Below are positions 1-12,900 of a stretch of DNA of 64,000 nucleotides, one piece after another (the first letter of the stretch is position 1; the number at the start of each line of letters is the position of its first letter). The notes below the pieces were generated by a model, which was not told where the DNA came from, ran no database searches, and saw nothing but the letters and a program-made list of their open reading frames with translations. Source of the stretch: Azolla caroliniana (Eukaryota; Plantae; Polypodiophyta); NCBI GenBank assembly GCA_043228905.1, contig JBHGNT010000003.1, positions 13,764,001 to 13,828,000 of the forward strand, read 5' to 3'. The position numbers were made by a program, and so were the translations under genes.

Positions 1-860
1 AAGACACATTCTTGAGATTAAGATAAGTCGGAATCAAAATCAATAACAATTGTTTCTATCTCAATCTGACTATATTGGTCGTGTCCTAGAATGCTTCAAC
101 ATGTACTCGGCCAAGTCTTCTTCGACCCCGCTCCCGATTAATCTTCCGTTGTCTCAGCGAGACTGGCCGACATCTAGTCTTGAGGGGGAAGATATGAAGT
201 CGGTACCGTATGCACCGACAATCGGCTCCTTGATCTACACGATGGTCGCGACACGGATCATGTCTTCGGAGTCGTCAGCAAATTTATGCACAATCCCGGT
301 TTATCACATTGGAACGCAGGTAAGCATGTGTTCAGATACTTTATGGGCACAAAAGACTATGGCATCCTATTTGGTCTGAATGATACATCGAGCGTAGTCG
401 GTTATACCAACTCGGACTTTGCCGGCTGTCTGGATAGTCGAAATTCAACAACCAAATATTGCTTCAAATTCGGCAATGGAGCAATCTCGTGGAAATCAAA
501 ACTTCAAGAATGCACTGTCACATCAACAATCGAGGCTGAATATGTAGCCGCGTCCGATGCGGAGAAAGAGGCTTTATGACTCGGTTGATTGGCGCACATG
601 TTTCGACAAGTCGACTCTGACTCGGCTCCAGTGGTCTACAACGACAGTCATGGTTTTGTTGCTTTATCGAAAAATCTGGTTCATCACAACGCCTCCAAGA
701 ATATCGACGTTCGATATCACTTTGTTCGTAATTGTGTCATTGCATGGAAAATCGGCCTCCAGAAGATACACACAACCGATAATGTCGCAAATGGGATAAC
801 CAAGTGTCTTTCAGTGGATCAATTCCGATCCCTTCGGCACAAGATGGGTGTAGAGAAGAC
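1..860 (+). mobile_element. Decayed Ty1/Copia pol 3' end (RT C-terminus + RNase H), frameshifted
   Basis: Fragmented ORFs with Copia motifs LSQSDYI..VL..FNM, VPYA..IGSLIY, GY.NSDFAGCLDSRNSTT, GAISWKSKLQ, STIEAEYVAAS, KNIDVRYHFVR. Confidence 0.9.
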
Positions 861-961
861 CAGTTCAATTGAGTCGGACATTCAAGACGTTCTCGGACAA
901 TCGACATCGATAGTTTGAAGCTCGACTTCAGTTCTTCTGACCCCATCCGACTCGGCCTTCT

Positions 962-2170
962 GTGAGCATTCCACCTTATCAACTTAGTCAATTAGAAGAG
1001 GATGAGATCGCCAAACAACCTAAGGAATACTTGAGTATGGGTCACATTAGGTATAGTAAATCACCTTGGGGTGCGCTAGTTCTTTTAGTTAAGAAGAAGG
1101 AAGGTTCATGGCGAATGTGTATTAACTATCGTCGTTTGAATAAACTAACAATTAAAAATGCATATCAGTTACCTCTTGCCGATGATTTGATTGATCATTT
1201 GCATCGGGCTTGATATTTTACAAAAGTTGACTTACGAACAGGTTACCATCAGATTTGCATTGCCGAGGATGATATTCCTAAAATCACTTTTCGTACACGC
1301 TATGGCCATTATGAGTTTTTAGTCATGCGTTTTAGGTTGACTAATGCTCCAGCCACATTTCAACAAGCGATGAATGACGTTTTCTAAGATCAACTCGGTG
1401 ATTTTGTTGTTGTCTTCTTGGATGATATTCTCATATATAGTCGTACCTTGCAAGATCATGTTCAACATGTTCGATTTGTTTTGCAAAAGTTGTGTGACAA
1501 CTCTTTCTATGCAAAACATTCAAAATGTGTTTTTTCCAAAAATCTATTGTGTACCTAGGCTAGGTCATTTAATTACGGAAAATGGCATTGAAATTGAACC
1601 TTCTTGCATTGAAAAGGTTAAACTTTGGCCCATTCCTCGTAATATTCGTGAACTTCGATCATTGTTAGGATTTGTTGGACTTTTACGAAAATCGATTCTT
1701 AATTATTCTAAATTGACTACGCCATTAACTAACCTTTTAAAAGGTCCTCCACGTAAATCTATCAAACCAATTTCATGGAATGAACAACTTGACAAATCAT
1801 TTGAGACACTCAAATCGCATGTCCGTCAGGCTCCAACTTTTCTATTACTAGACCTTCCAAGCCTTTCTCAATTGAAACCGATGCTAAGTGATTATGCTAT
1901 TGGTATTGTCCTTTATCAGTGCGGTCACCCTGTCGCTTTTGAAAGTAAAAAGCTTGATGCTACTCAATCTCGGATTCCGTTCAAGAGAAAGAGTTGTTCA
2001 CGGTAATACATGCACTAAAAACATGGAGGCATCATCTCTATGGAAATCAATTTGTCGTTACAACGGACCATCAATCCTTGAAGTAATTTTGCGACCAGCC
2101 AGATCTTGTTGGACGTAAAGGCCGTTGGGCTGACCTTATGCAAGATTTTGATTTTTCAATACGATATCAC
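962..2170 (+). mobile_element. Decayed Ty3/Gypsy (chromovirus-like) RT-RNase H fragment
   Basis: [76 protein letters not shown], with stops and frameshifts; cut at 2170 by the next element. Confidence 0.9.
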
Positions 2171-2584
2171 TGTTTATCCTCAGCGGGACTAGCCACAAAC
2201 ATAGGGTGTCCTTCCAGAACACTTCACCAAAGGAGTGGTTAAGGAAATGATGTAATCTGACTAATTCCAGATACGTTCCAGATTGGGGTAATGCACAACC
2301 GGTTAACTAGAACACGTGTAAGATATAGAATGGAAGCACATAACGGAAAGTAGACAAGGGACACCGTAATCTTAAATTAAAACTCAAACTTGTATTACTT
2401 TTAGCCCATATTACATTGATTCCCATATCCTTTTATAGGCCTCCGGTTGAGAATACAAAACGGTGCCTTATCGGCTACCGGCTATGAATCGGTCTGTATC
2501 TGGATCGGTACAACTATTCCGGATCCGCCCATTCCTGTAATATTTCTAACTAATTATTTCTCTATAATTTTTGACCCCGACTCA
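2171..2584 (-). repeat. 3' LTR of the Athila-like element
   Basis: On the minus strand it starts TGAGTCGGGGTC after the PPT, has a TATA box (CCTATAAAAGG, about 2429-2440) and ends GATAAACA where the host Gypsy ORF is interrupted. Confidence 0.6.
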
Positions 2585-2679
2585 TCCCTTTCCACATTTG
2601 TCCTCCGAACCATACTCTGGCCAAGACATGGCATGCCTATGGGACAGTGCATTGCACGTCGAACCCACGGGTAAACTCC

Positions 2680-3820
2680 GTCACTCCTCATCGAGTATGT
2701 CCAAAATGCTCTGATCCAGGGGTTCGAGTGGTTCTTCACTCTATTGTTGTTGCTGCTCTCCGGCTCCTTCCGGTTGATGTTGTTCTTGTCCTGCTCCAGC
2801 TCCGGCTTCATTCGACTACAAGTTCAACTGCTCTTCAGACTGCGGTTGTGGTTGTGGTTGTGATTTTGCGGACTGTTCCTCGTCGCTAATATTTATTGAA
2901 GCCACTCTCTTCTCCGCTTCCACTCATGGGCGCTCCCACTCGTATCTCTCGAACTGCAGTTGCGTGTCGAGTTGATCATCCTCGAGACTTTCGATGAGGT
3001 TCCGGACAACGTCCCGGTGGTTTTCAGACAAGGCAAAAAAATCATCCGCCAATTCCTCCCGGATGGTGACAATGCTTTCCTCATCCATCTTGTAGAACTT
3101 GTCGTCAGTCTTTTTCTGGTTTTCCGCATCGGTCCGGAGTAGTTGGCGTTATGGCGCTTGTCAGGATCATTCATTCCATACTGCCAACGAACAATCTTCG
3201 ATCTTTGTCTTCGTTCGGTCCCTTCATGCTTCGACAATCATCCAAATTCTTTGTATGTCAAGCTTTACCTTGTCCTTCGTGGCCTCCTTCTCATTCTTGA
3301 GCTGCTTGATGAGCTCGGCGGTCACCTTCGCCTGTATTTCATACTCCAAAAATTGGGATTGGTAGGTTTTTCGCCCATTGCGCTTCCTCATAGTGCTGCA
3401 CTTGGAGTTCCCTCCTTTCTTTTGTCGCTTCGTCCATCAACCTCGTCATCATTTCCACCATCATCTTCCCTTGATCTATCAGCGCCTCCGTTTTTTCCTT
3501 CAACTCTGTCAAGACTTCCCTAAGCTTTTCTTGCTGTCGGTCATACTCTGACCCTAGCTTCTTATGCTCCGCGTTGAGTTGCTTATGGTTCTTGTGTAGC
3601 TTCTCTAAGTCTTCCGTTTTCTACTTAGGGCACTAGTTGATTTGAGAGCGCGCTCGATCCTCCTGGCCCTTTTGTTGCTAGAGTTCTTCCTTCAGCCTCT
3701 CTATCTCCGTTTTAGCCATCCTCCGGAGCTTGTCTTTTTCCTACAACAGCTTCTCTCTTTCATCCGTCAGTCGGTCGTTGTTCATATGACTCCTCCGGAG
3801 ACATTCCTTAGTCCTTCGGT

Positions 3821-3860
<40 letters not shown>

Positions 3861-5516
3861 TGCTTCTTGAGCGGTTAATTCCTCCTGTAATGTTTGCATT
3901 TCCTGTTCCCGTTCAACGTCTTTTTCTGGGGTTGTTCTGGCCACCAGTTCTACATTCGTTTCCGGAGCTTTCTTCTATAAATTAGCCAGTTCTACCGACT
4001 CTGCTCCGAAACTTGTGCCTTCACCCATTTTTGCCATGAGGACCCCGAAATCTTTAGCCCTTGCCAGTTCCTCCTCCAGACTTCAAATCGGAATTCGGGC
4101 CTTTTCCGATTCTTCGGTTGTTGTGAGCAACCGTTCCACTTGTCTCCGCTCCACCCTTGTTCTTCATCCATCCGGTCAGCCACATCAGATACATGCTTGG
4201 CAAGACATTCTAACCATTGTCAGCAGGTTCTGTGTTATGTGAGTGCAACGAAATGTTGCACTAGCTACGGTCGCAGTTCTTCCTCCTCCGTGAGCCATTG
4301 TGTGAGCGAGTCTTCTTGATCTGGTATCCTCTCCGGCCGACGTTCCTCTTGTTGTTGCTACCCTAGAAGACCTGGTGAGGTAAATCTTTCTATAACCGGT
4401 TCCTGCTAAACCGTTGTCACCGCTTCTAGTCTGTTGGCTAGTTCCAATTCCGATTTGGATTCTACCACCACTGAGCAGGGAATCGGGGTGTTATCCTTCT
4501 CCGGACCCAATTCTTCCCCTTGATGCTCACTGTCGTGCTTCCTTGGCCGACATTGGAGGGTTTCGATTGGTTCTTCTTCAGCCTCCTCTTCCGCGGTTTC
4601 TTGGTTTACCTTGTGTACTAGTTCCTCCTTATCTCTTTCATGCCGGCACAACTTTATCTTGATCAGCTTCGCATTCTTGTCTGGAACTTTCTCTACCGGC
4701 TCCTATCTCCGGGTCTCCAGCACTTCTTCTTCCAACCAACACGAGTCTCCTATTGTCCATCTGGGAGTGTGTTTTGCTAGCATCTGGTGTTGTTTAGATG
4801 GCTTGTTGGGTGTGATCTCCGGTCGGCCTCGCTTCTTCAGCTTGCTTGTGCGTGTCGGGGGTAACAAAACCATTAGCCACTACTAATCCGCCCATGCCTT
4901 CTTCCCATCCATTACAGACGCGATTCCCGCCCGTAGTGAGTCAGCTACTATCACCAGATAGTCCACCTTAAGGCCTTCCAATGTGGCAATGATGAAACCG
5001 GCCCTATTCTTCGGCATGGCGAGACAAATCCGTATTCGAGGAGCACCCGAGCCACTTCCCGGAATAGGAGGTTTTCGTCGCCCTGTGTCCGGTACGCCTT
5101 GCTTGCTATTGAGAACTCCCCAAAATAATCTGTTAGTATATCAGTGGAGGGGTTCTCAATGGAGGATAGACCTCCGGAGGGTAATCCTATGAGGGCTTGC
5201 ACTGTTTATTCGAACAGCTCATCGGGGTCGATCGTTGTTGCGACCTTCTTCGGTTCTTCGTGCAATGGTGCTTCAATCACCTATATGAATCCCTCCAGGC
5301 CATTCTTGCTAAGCCAATCTCTGGTGGCGGTCGAGAGAGCCATCGGTTCTATATACTCTTCATCGATTTCGCTGCTACGGGTGGGTACTTGGGCTTTGTT
5401 CATCGCCTATGCTGTTTCGGAAACCCGTCTGCTCTATTGTGCTCTCAAAAGCTTTCGTTCACCAAATGAAACTCCTTCATTTGTCCGGAAGTTTTGTACC
5501 CCCATCTTCTGCAGCC
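2680..5516 (-). pseudogene. Decayed extra ORF (env-like position) between integrase and 3' LTR; charged, coiled-coil and acidic/Q-rich tail
   Basis: Collinear minus-strand ORF pieces (4951-5202, 4406-4651, 3741-3944, about 2700-3500), interrupted by stops, in the same orientation as pol. Confidence 0.55.
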
Positions 5517-6860
5517 ATCACTTCTTGATTCCCACGCATGCACATCGTGTATCATAATAGTATGATTATGCCGCGTGGTGCGCTTTAAATGGCTGATGTC
5601 ACGCCTCTTCATTTTGACCATTCAAAATCTCGAATAATATCCATTTTTTTCTCTATTATTATTATTACCATTAGGTCCTCCGTTAGTACTTGGTTGTACC
5701 GGTCGGACTTTCACCGGTCTCCAACCCTTCTCCAGCTTCCCAGATCTTCTGTTCCTTTGGTTCTTTGAACGGGTTCACCAGCATCATTCCTTTGTAAGGT
5801 TTCAGCCGGAAACCGTTTACCCATTTCTTCAACACCTCTCTGGCTAACGTCCCAAGTTGGTAGGATACCTTGAACTCCCTTGTGATCCAGAACGGTCCGG
5901 TCCACCAGAACCGTTGTTTCCCTGGCATGTTGCCCATCCAAGTCTAAAACAATAATGCCCACTTGCCAATGTTGAGCTCCTTCTAATTTCCGCGCCTATG
6001 CCGGTCCACAAAAGCATTTTGTTGCCTTTGCTCTAGCTCCAACTGCAACAGACTAGTTATCGGTGTTCCTCTAATTTGCACAATGTTGCCAACCAAATTA
6101 TTTCGAATTCTTTTTCGCTCAATCGCTCCCAGACCTGTATTCGTAAACGGGGGATTTGAAATTCCATTGGCATGACCGCTTCAAGACCGAATGCCAATCA
6201 AAACAGTGTTTTCCGGATGCTCATTTTATATGTCGTCCGATACTCCCATAACGCTCTATGTAGTTTGGTGTCCCAATCCATCCGGTTCTCATTAACAATT
6301 TTCCGGAGGATGTTTTGGAGTGTCTTATTTGTTGACTCGGCCAATCCGTTTGCCTACAGATAATATGGTGTACTGCATTTATGCACTACTGCATAGAAGG
6401 AGATTAGGTTTTCCACCATGTGGCCGAGGAAATGTTCGCCCTGGTCGCCAATGAGCTCAATTGGGCAACCGTAACTGCACCATATGTACTCATAAAGAAA
6501 TTTCGTCGTTGATGTCGCGGTGTTGTCCTAGAGCACTTTGGCTTCTACCCATTTTGTACATTAGTCTATGGCTACTACGATGTATCAGTTCCCCGTACGC
6601 ATTGTCGGTGGCTTAAATGGTCCCACGAAGTCTAATCCCCACTTTTGGAAAGGTTCCAATAGTAACACTGGTTGATGGGGCATCGAAGCCTACTCTGTGG
6701 GTTGGCCCAATCGTTGGCAGAGATTGCACTCTTTACAATACCGGACCGCGTACTTGAGGGTTGTCGGCCACCATAACCTACTTTGCCAAATTTTCCGGGC
6801 GGTGGCGTCTCCGACATAGTGCCCACCGGCAACTCTGCAGTGAGCTTCATGTAGGATCAC

Positions 6861-8080
6861 TGTTGAGATACAAGCTCAACATTGGCTGGATCGGCTGTGC
6901 AAGACGAGAACCGGATCAGTTTGGACTGATCGATTAGGCCGAACTGGTGCGCAAACTAGTCGCAACAAGAGGCCGGATCAGTGCGGAAACCGGGAGGCCG
7001 TTGAACAGATATTCCGCGAGGGAATATATTTGGGAGTTAGTGTAGGAGCATTGAAGTACGTGTCAGTAATTCTGTCAATCCGTATGGACTTGTATAAAAG
7101 TTCTCTCTGAGCACATCCTATGTACAGAGTTTTACACATTATTCTGAATTTAGTTTTTTGTGTGTGTTCATTCCCTCTCTGTCTCTCCCGCATACATTGT
7201 GGCTTAAGCTCTCCATTAAACCTATTTTTCCATATCGGTATTTTGTGTTTCGTATAGCTTCCGCACGTAACATTTCACATGGTATCAGAGCGCGAGGGTT
7301 GAGAACCTCTGCAGCCAACTTCAGCTCGAAACAAAAAAAAAAAACTAATCTCGGTGAAGAACAGAAAGGAAAAAAAAATGGATAGAGGTATGGCTAGTTC
7401 GCTTCCAACTGAGAAGCTCGACAGAAGTAACTACGCATCTTGGTCGTACGAGATGCATTAGTACCTGCTCGGATATGGATACTGGAGCTATGTCGATGGA
7501 GCGAATGATGCACCACCCAAATCGACAAACAGAAACTTCCCGGCCTGGGAACAGTTGGCGACCAGAGTTCTGTACTACTTCGTGTCTTGTGTGAGCGAAC
7601 AGCTCTTGAGCTACATTCGGGATGCAAGAACGCCGAAGGATGCATGGGGAGATCTGAAAAAGATTTTCTCCACAAGCACCACAGCTAGGAAGCTCCAACT
7701 CTAACAGGAGTTGAGCAATGTGCGTCAACGTGATATGACGGTGGCGGACTACACCTCCAAGATAAAAGATATCTGCGACTCCCTCACCTCCATCGATGTG
7801 AACGTTGAGGAGGGCGAAATGGTGTAAATCTGCCTTAGAGGATTGGTGTCGAAGTTCGGAGCATTCCGAACGACAATTTGTACAAGGGAGAATACGCCGT
7901 CATTTTTCAACTTGTAGTCGATGCTCTTATAGAGGAGAATCACGCAGGTGCGTCAACGAGTACACACGCCGACAACAAGATGTTGTACACGGAGGGAGAT
8001 AGGCCCCGTGGTCGTGGCGGACGAGGCAAGTCGGCGCACAATGGAGGCGGCCGACGGGAGCAAGGAAGAAGGCATCGTAG
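6861..8080 (+). mobile_element. Copia family B copy 1: 5' LTR (6861-7279), PBS-Met (7280-7291), decayed gag
   Basis: TGTTGAG...TTTCACA followed by TGGTATCAGAGC; gag MASSLPTEKLDRSNYASW...RKLQL.QELSNVRQRDM.V.DY..KIK with stops; truncated at about 8080. Confidence 0.9.
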
Positions 8081-9916
8081 TACATGTACTCCGCCTCCGT
8101 GGTTGACAACGCAACCGTCTTCTGCAGCCTCGACTGCCACGAGACAGCTCCCCCTGCATATGTCATAACATACCCGGATGTAGACCGGCTGGTATCCACA
8201 TCAGCATACATGTCCAAATCGGTAGAACCGTCAAGTTGAGGTTTTCCGGAGCCGAATCAGAGACACATGTTCGAAGTGCCGGAGTATCCATTTGACTGCA
8301 TTCCAGTGCTCCTTGCCGGGATTGCTCAAGAACCGGCCCACCACTCCGACTGTGTATCCTATATCTGGTCGAGTACACACCATTGCGTACATTAAGCTCC
8401 CGACGGCAGAGGCATATGGAACCTTCATCATATCCGCTTTCTCTGCTTTCGTCTTCAGGCTTTGCTTACCGGATAACCTACAATTTGCCGGAAGTGTCGA
8501 TCCGACCGGTTTCGCATCTGACATGTTGAACCGCTGAAGCACCTTTGTCACGTATTTCTCCTGTGACAACCACAGTTGCTTCGTTGGCCGGTTCCGGATG
8601 ATATGCATCCCCAGCATCTGTCTTGCCGAACCCAAGTCTTTCATTGAGAAAGTCCGGTTGAGGGCCTTCTTCAGCATCCGTATGTTGGCTTGGTCTCGTC
8701 CGACGATCAACATGTCGTCCACGTACAGAAGGAGTATTAGAAAGTCGCCTCCTTCGAACTTCTTCACAAACACGCAGTGATCAGTCTGCGTCTTGTGGTA
8801 CCCTTGATCGGTCATGAAGGAGTCGAACTTCCGGTACCATTGTCTGGGAGCCTGCTTCAATCCGTACAGGCTCTTCTTCAACCGGCAAACCAGTTGCTCC
8901 TTCCCTTTCTCCACGAATCCTTCCAGTTGTTGCATGTAGATCTCCTCATCGAGGTCGCCGTCAAGGAATGCCGTCTTCACGTCCAGCTGCTCTACCTCGA
9001 GGTCCATGCTTGCCGCTATACTCAGCATCGTCCGGATGGAGGTCATCTTTACTACCGGGGCAAATATCTCATCGAAGTCCACGCCCTTCTTCTGCTGGAA
9101 CCCCTTCACCACGATCCTGGCTTTGTATCTCGGGGGGTTCCCAGCATCTACCGGTTTCAACTTGTACACCCACTTGTTTCGGAGTGCTCGCTTTCCTTTC
9201 GGCAACTCCACCAATTCGTACGTATGGTTCTCATGCAGGGAATCCATCTCATCCTGCATGGCACTTAACCATTTGCGGCTGTGGGTGTCACTTTTAGCTT
9301 CCTTGAAGCTTTCTGGCTCCCCCTCATCGGTCAGCAGCACATGCTCTGGATCCGGAAATCTCCGGGGGGGCCTTCTCTCTCTGAGAGGATATCTCCGTCT
9401 TTGGGCTTCGGTAACCTGGCCCTCCATTCGCTCTTCATCCGAATCCGATTCGGGGTCCTGGCCGGTTCCGGTTTCACCTTCCTCTACTTCTTCTTCTGCC
9501 GATTCGGTATCCTCACCATAACCGGCTGGTTCCTCGAGTGCTAGCCGCTCTCTTGCCGGTTGGGTCTACTCGTCGTAGAATCGACCCTTACCGGTCGATT
9601 CGGAGTTCATTATCTTCTTCTCCGACTCCCAGTTGGCGAGTGTCTTGTCCTCCATGAAGATAATATCTCGACTCCAGAATACCTTCTTGTCGACCGGGTC
9701 CCACACTCGGTAGCCGAACTCATCATCGCCGTAACCGAGGAATATGCATGGTCGGGTCTTTGGATCTAACTTTCCTCTTTGGTCCTTAACTACATGCACG
9801 TACGCGAGACACCCGAATACCTTCAGATGCCAGTAGGACACTTCCTTACCGGTCCAGACTCTTTGTGGCGTGTCTCTGTCCAAGGGTACTGAGGGTGATC
9901 TGTTTATCACATATGT

Positions 9917-12900
9917 CGCCGTCGACAGTGCCTCAGCCCAAAACTTCTTGGGTAGTTTTGCATGCGCCAGCATACTCCGGACCCTCTGCATTATGGTCCA
10001 GTTCATCCTCTCGGCCAGCCCGTTTAGTTCCGGTGTCTTCGCACGGTAAATTCAAGTTGGATTCCCTTCGAGCGATAGTACTCCTCGAACTGCCCCCGGT
10101 ATTCACCTCCGTTATCTGCTCGAATCGCCTTCAGCTTCAGGCCGGTTTCTCTTTCCACTCTCGCGTGGAGCTCTTTGAAAACGGATAGCACCTAATCCTT
10201 CGTCTTCAACAGTGTGACCCACAGCTTCCGGCTGTGGTCATCTATGAACGCCACGAAGTACTGCGATCCTGCATGTGACTTCGTGTCCACTTGACACACA
10301 TCAGTATGCACTAACTCCAGTGGTGCATTACGTCTCATCGGTGGCCTCGATCGGAAGGAGGTCCAGTTTGGTTTACCGGCCAAACAATCAGTGCACTTCT
10401 CCAAGTGCACGTTCTTCACTGGACTGAGGTTGTCTTCTGCAAGCCTCTTCATCCCCTTCTCGCTCATGTGACACAGCCTTTTATGCCACAGCTCACCGGC
10501 AGTGTCGGATGCCACGTTCACTTCCTCCGGACATAACCGGGCATTCATCAGGTCCAACGTGTTTACCTTCCGGGCCCAAGCCACAATCAAGCTCCCTTTG
10601 CTGAACTTCATAACACCGTTCTGGATGCTACCCGTGTAGCCTTCATCATCTAGCCGACCGGCTGATATCAGGTTCAGACGAACCTCCGGAACGTGTCGGA
10701 CATTCTTCAGCAGCATCTTGCATCCAGTTGGTGTTGTCAACCACACGTCTCCTATGCCGACAATTCGGCATGTACCTTCATTCCCCATCCGGACACAACC
10801 GTGATCACCGGCTGAGTAGGATGAGAAGCATTTCCGGTCCGGGGTAAGGTGGAACGACGCTCCGGAGTCGACCACCCAGGTCATCTCGTTGCCAGCAAGG
10901 TTTATCTCACTCTCCTCGGTTATGAGCATCAACTCTTCTTCACTTGCCGCGATTGCCGTCAATCCCTTCCGATCTCGCCCCCTCCGGTCTTTACCATTCC
11001 GGTCCGGTGTCCGCTTCGAATCGGTACCGTCGGTTTCCTTGTCTTTCCGGAAATGCCGGCAGTTTTTCTGGAAGTGTCTCGTCTTGCCACAATAGAAGCA
11101 AGTAGGCCTCCCCCTTGACTTTGACCGTGTCCCCGACTTTTCCCGATTCTGGGGACTACGGTTTCTATGTCTTCCGCGTTCTGATTCGGTAAGGAGCGCT
11201 TTGGAGTCGGAGCTCGTATCCTTATCTTTCCGACATGCCTCCTCATCTAGCAAGATCGACTTCACTCTTGCTAGGGATAACCGTTTTCCTTCCGGCCCGG
11301 CGTTGCCCAAAGTGATAACCAACGTCTCCCAGCTATCCGGGAGGGAACCGAGCTGGAGTAGTGCTAGTACCTCATCGGCAAGAGGTACTTCCAATGATGT
11401 TGCCGTCGACAGTGCCTAAGCCCAAAACTTCTTGGGTAGTTTTGCATGCGCCAGCATACTCCGGACCCTCTGCATTATGGTCCAGTTCATCCTCTCGGCC
11501 AGCCCGTTTAGTTCCGGTGTCTTCGCACGGTAAATTCAAGTTGGATTCCCTTCGAGCGACAGTACTCCTCGAACTGCCCCCAGTATTCACCTCCGTTATC
11601 TGCTCGAATCGCCTTCAGCTTCAGGCCGGTTTCTCTTTCCACTCTCGCGTGGAGCTCTTTGAAAACGGATAGCACCTGATCCTTCGTCTTCAACAGTGTG
11701 ACCCACAGCTTCCGGCTGTGGTCATCTATGAACGCCACGAAGTACTGCGATCCTGCATGTGACTTCGTGTCCACTTGACACACATCAGTATGCACTAACT
11801 CCAGTGGTGCATTACGTCTCATCGGTGGCCTCGATCGGAAGGAGGTCCAGTTTGGTTTACCGGCCAAACAATCAGTGCACTTCTCCAAGTGCACGTTCTT
11901 CACTGGACTGAGGTTGTCTTCTGCAAGCCTCTTCATCCCCTTCTCGCTCATGTGACACAGCCTTTTATGCCACAGCTCACCGGCAGTGTCGGATGCCACG
12001 TTCACTTCCTCCGGACATAACCGGGCATTCATCAGGTCCAACGTGTTTACCTTCCGGGCCCAAGCCACAATCAAGCTCCCTTTGCTGAACTTCATAACAC
12101 CGTTCTGGATGCTACCCGTGTAGCCTTCATCATCTAGCCGACCGGCTGATATCAGGTTCAGACGAACCTCCGGAACGTGTCGGACATTCTTCAGCAGCAT
12201 CTTGCATCCAGTTGGTGTTGTCAACCACACGTCTCCTATGCCGACAATTCGGCATGTACCTTCATTCCCCATCCGGACACAACCGTGATCACCGGCTGAG
12301 TAGGATGAGAAGCATTTCCGGTCCGGGGTAAGGTGGAACGACGCTCCGGAGTCGACCACCCAGGTCATCTCGTTGCCAGCAAGGTTTATCTCACTCTCCT
12401 CGGTTATGAGCATCAACTCTTCTTCACTTGCCGCGATTGCCGTCAATCCCTTCCGATCTCGCCCCCTCCGGTCTTTACCATTCCGGTCCGGTGTCCGCTT
12501 CGAATCGGTACCGTCGGTTTCCTTGTCTTTCCGGAAATGCCGGCAGTTTTTCTGGAAGTGTCTCGTCTTGCCACAATAGAAGCAAGTAGGCCTCCCCCTT
12601 GACTTTGACCGTGTCCCCGACTTTTCCCGATTCTGGGGACTACGGTTTCTATGTCTTCCGCGTTCTGATTCGGTAAGGAGCGCTTTGGAGTCGGAGCTCG
12701 TATCCTTATCTTTCCGACATGCCTCCTCATCTAGCAAGATCGACTTCACTCTTGCTAGGGATAACCGTTTTCCTTCCGGCCCGGCGTTGCCCAAAGTGAT
12801 AACCAACGTCTCCCAGCTATCCGGGAGGGAACCGAGCTGGAGTAGTGCTAGTACCTCATCGGCAAGAGGTACTTCCAATGATGTTGCCTGGTGAATCAGT

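Larger units (their letters stand above)
2171..6860 (-). mobile_element. 3' part of an Athila-like Ty3/Gypsy element: integrase, extra ORF, PPT and 3' LTR
   Basis: Minus-strand integrase remnants (ILHEAH zinc finger near 6850, GLDFVGP, NGLAESTNK, WTGPF...VNGFRLKPY at 5683-5937). Purine tract GGAAAGGGA precedes an LTR with TG...CA ends. Confidence 0.8.

Noticed and set aside
2166-6860. ATCAC at 2166-2170 and 6856-6860 as a TSD bounding one insertion
   Set aside because: The second copy lies within integrase coding sequence next to a different element's LTR, so it is not an LTR-bounded end; treated as coincidence.
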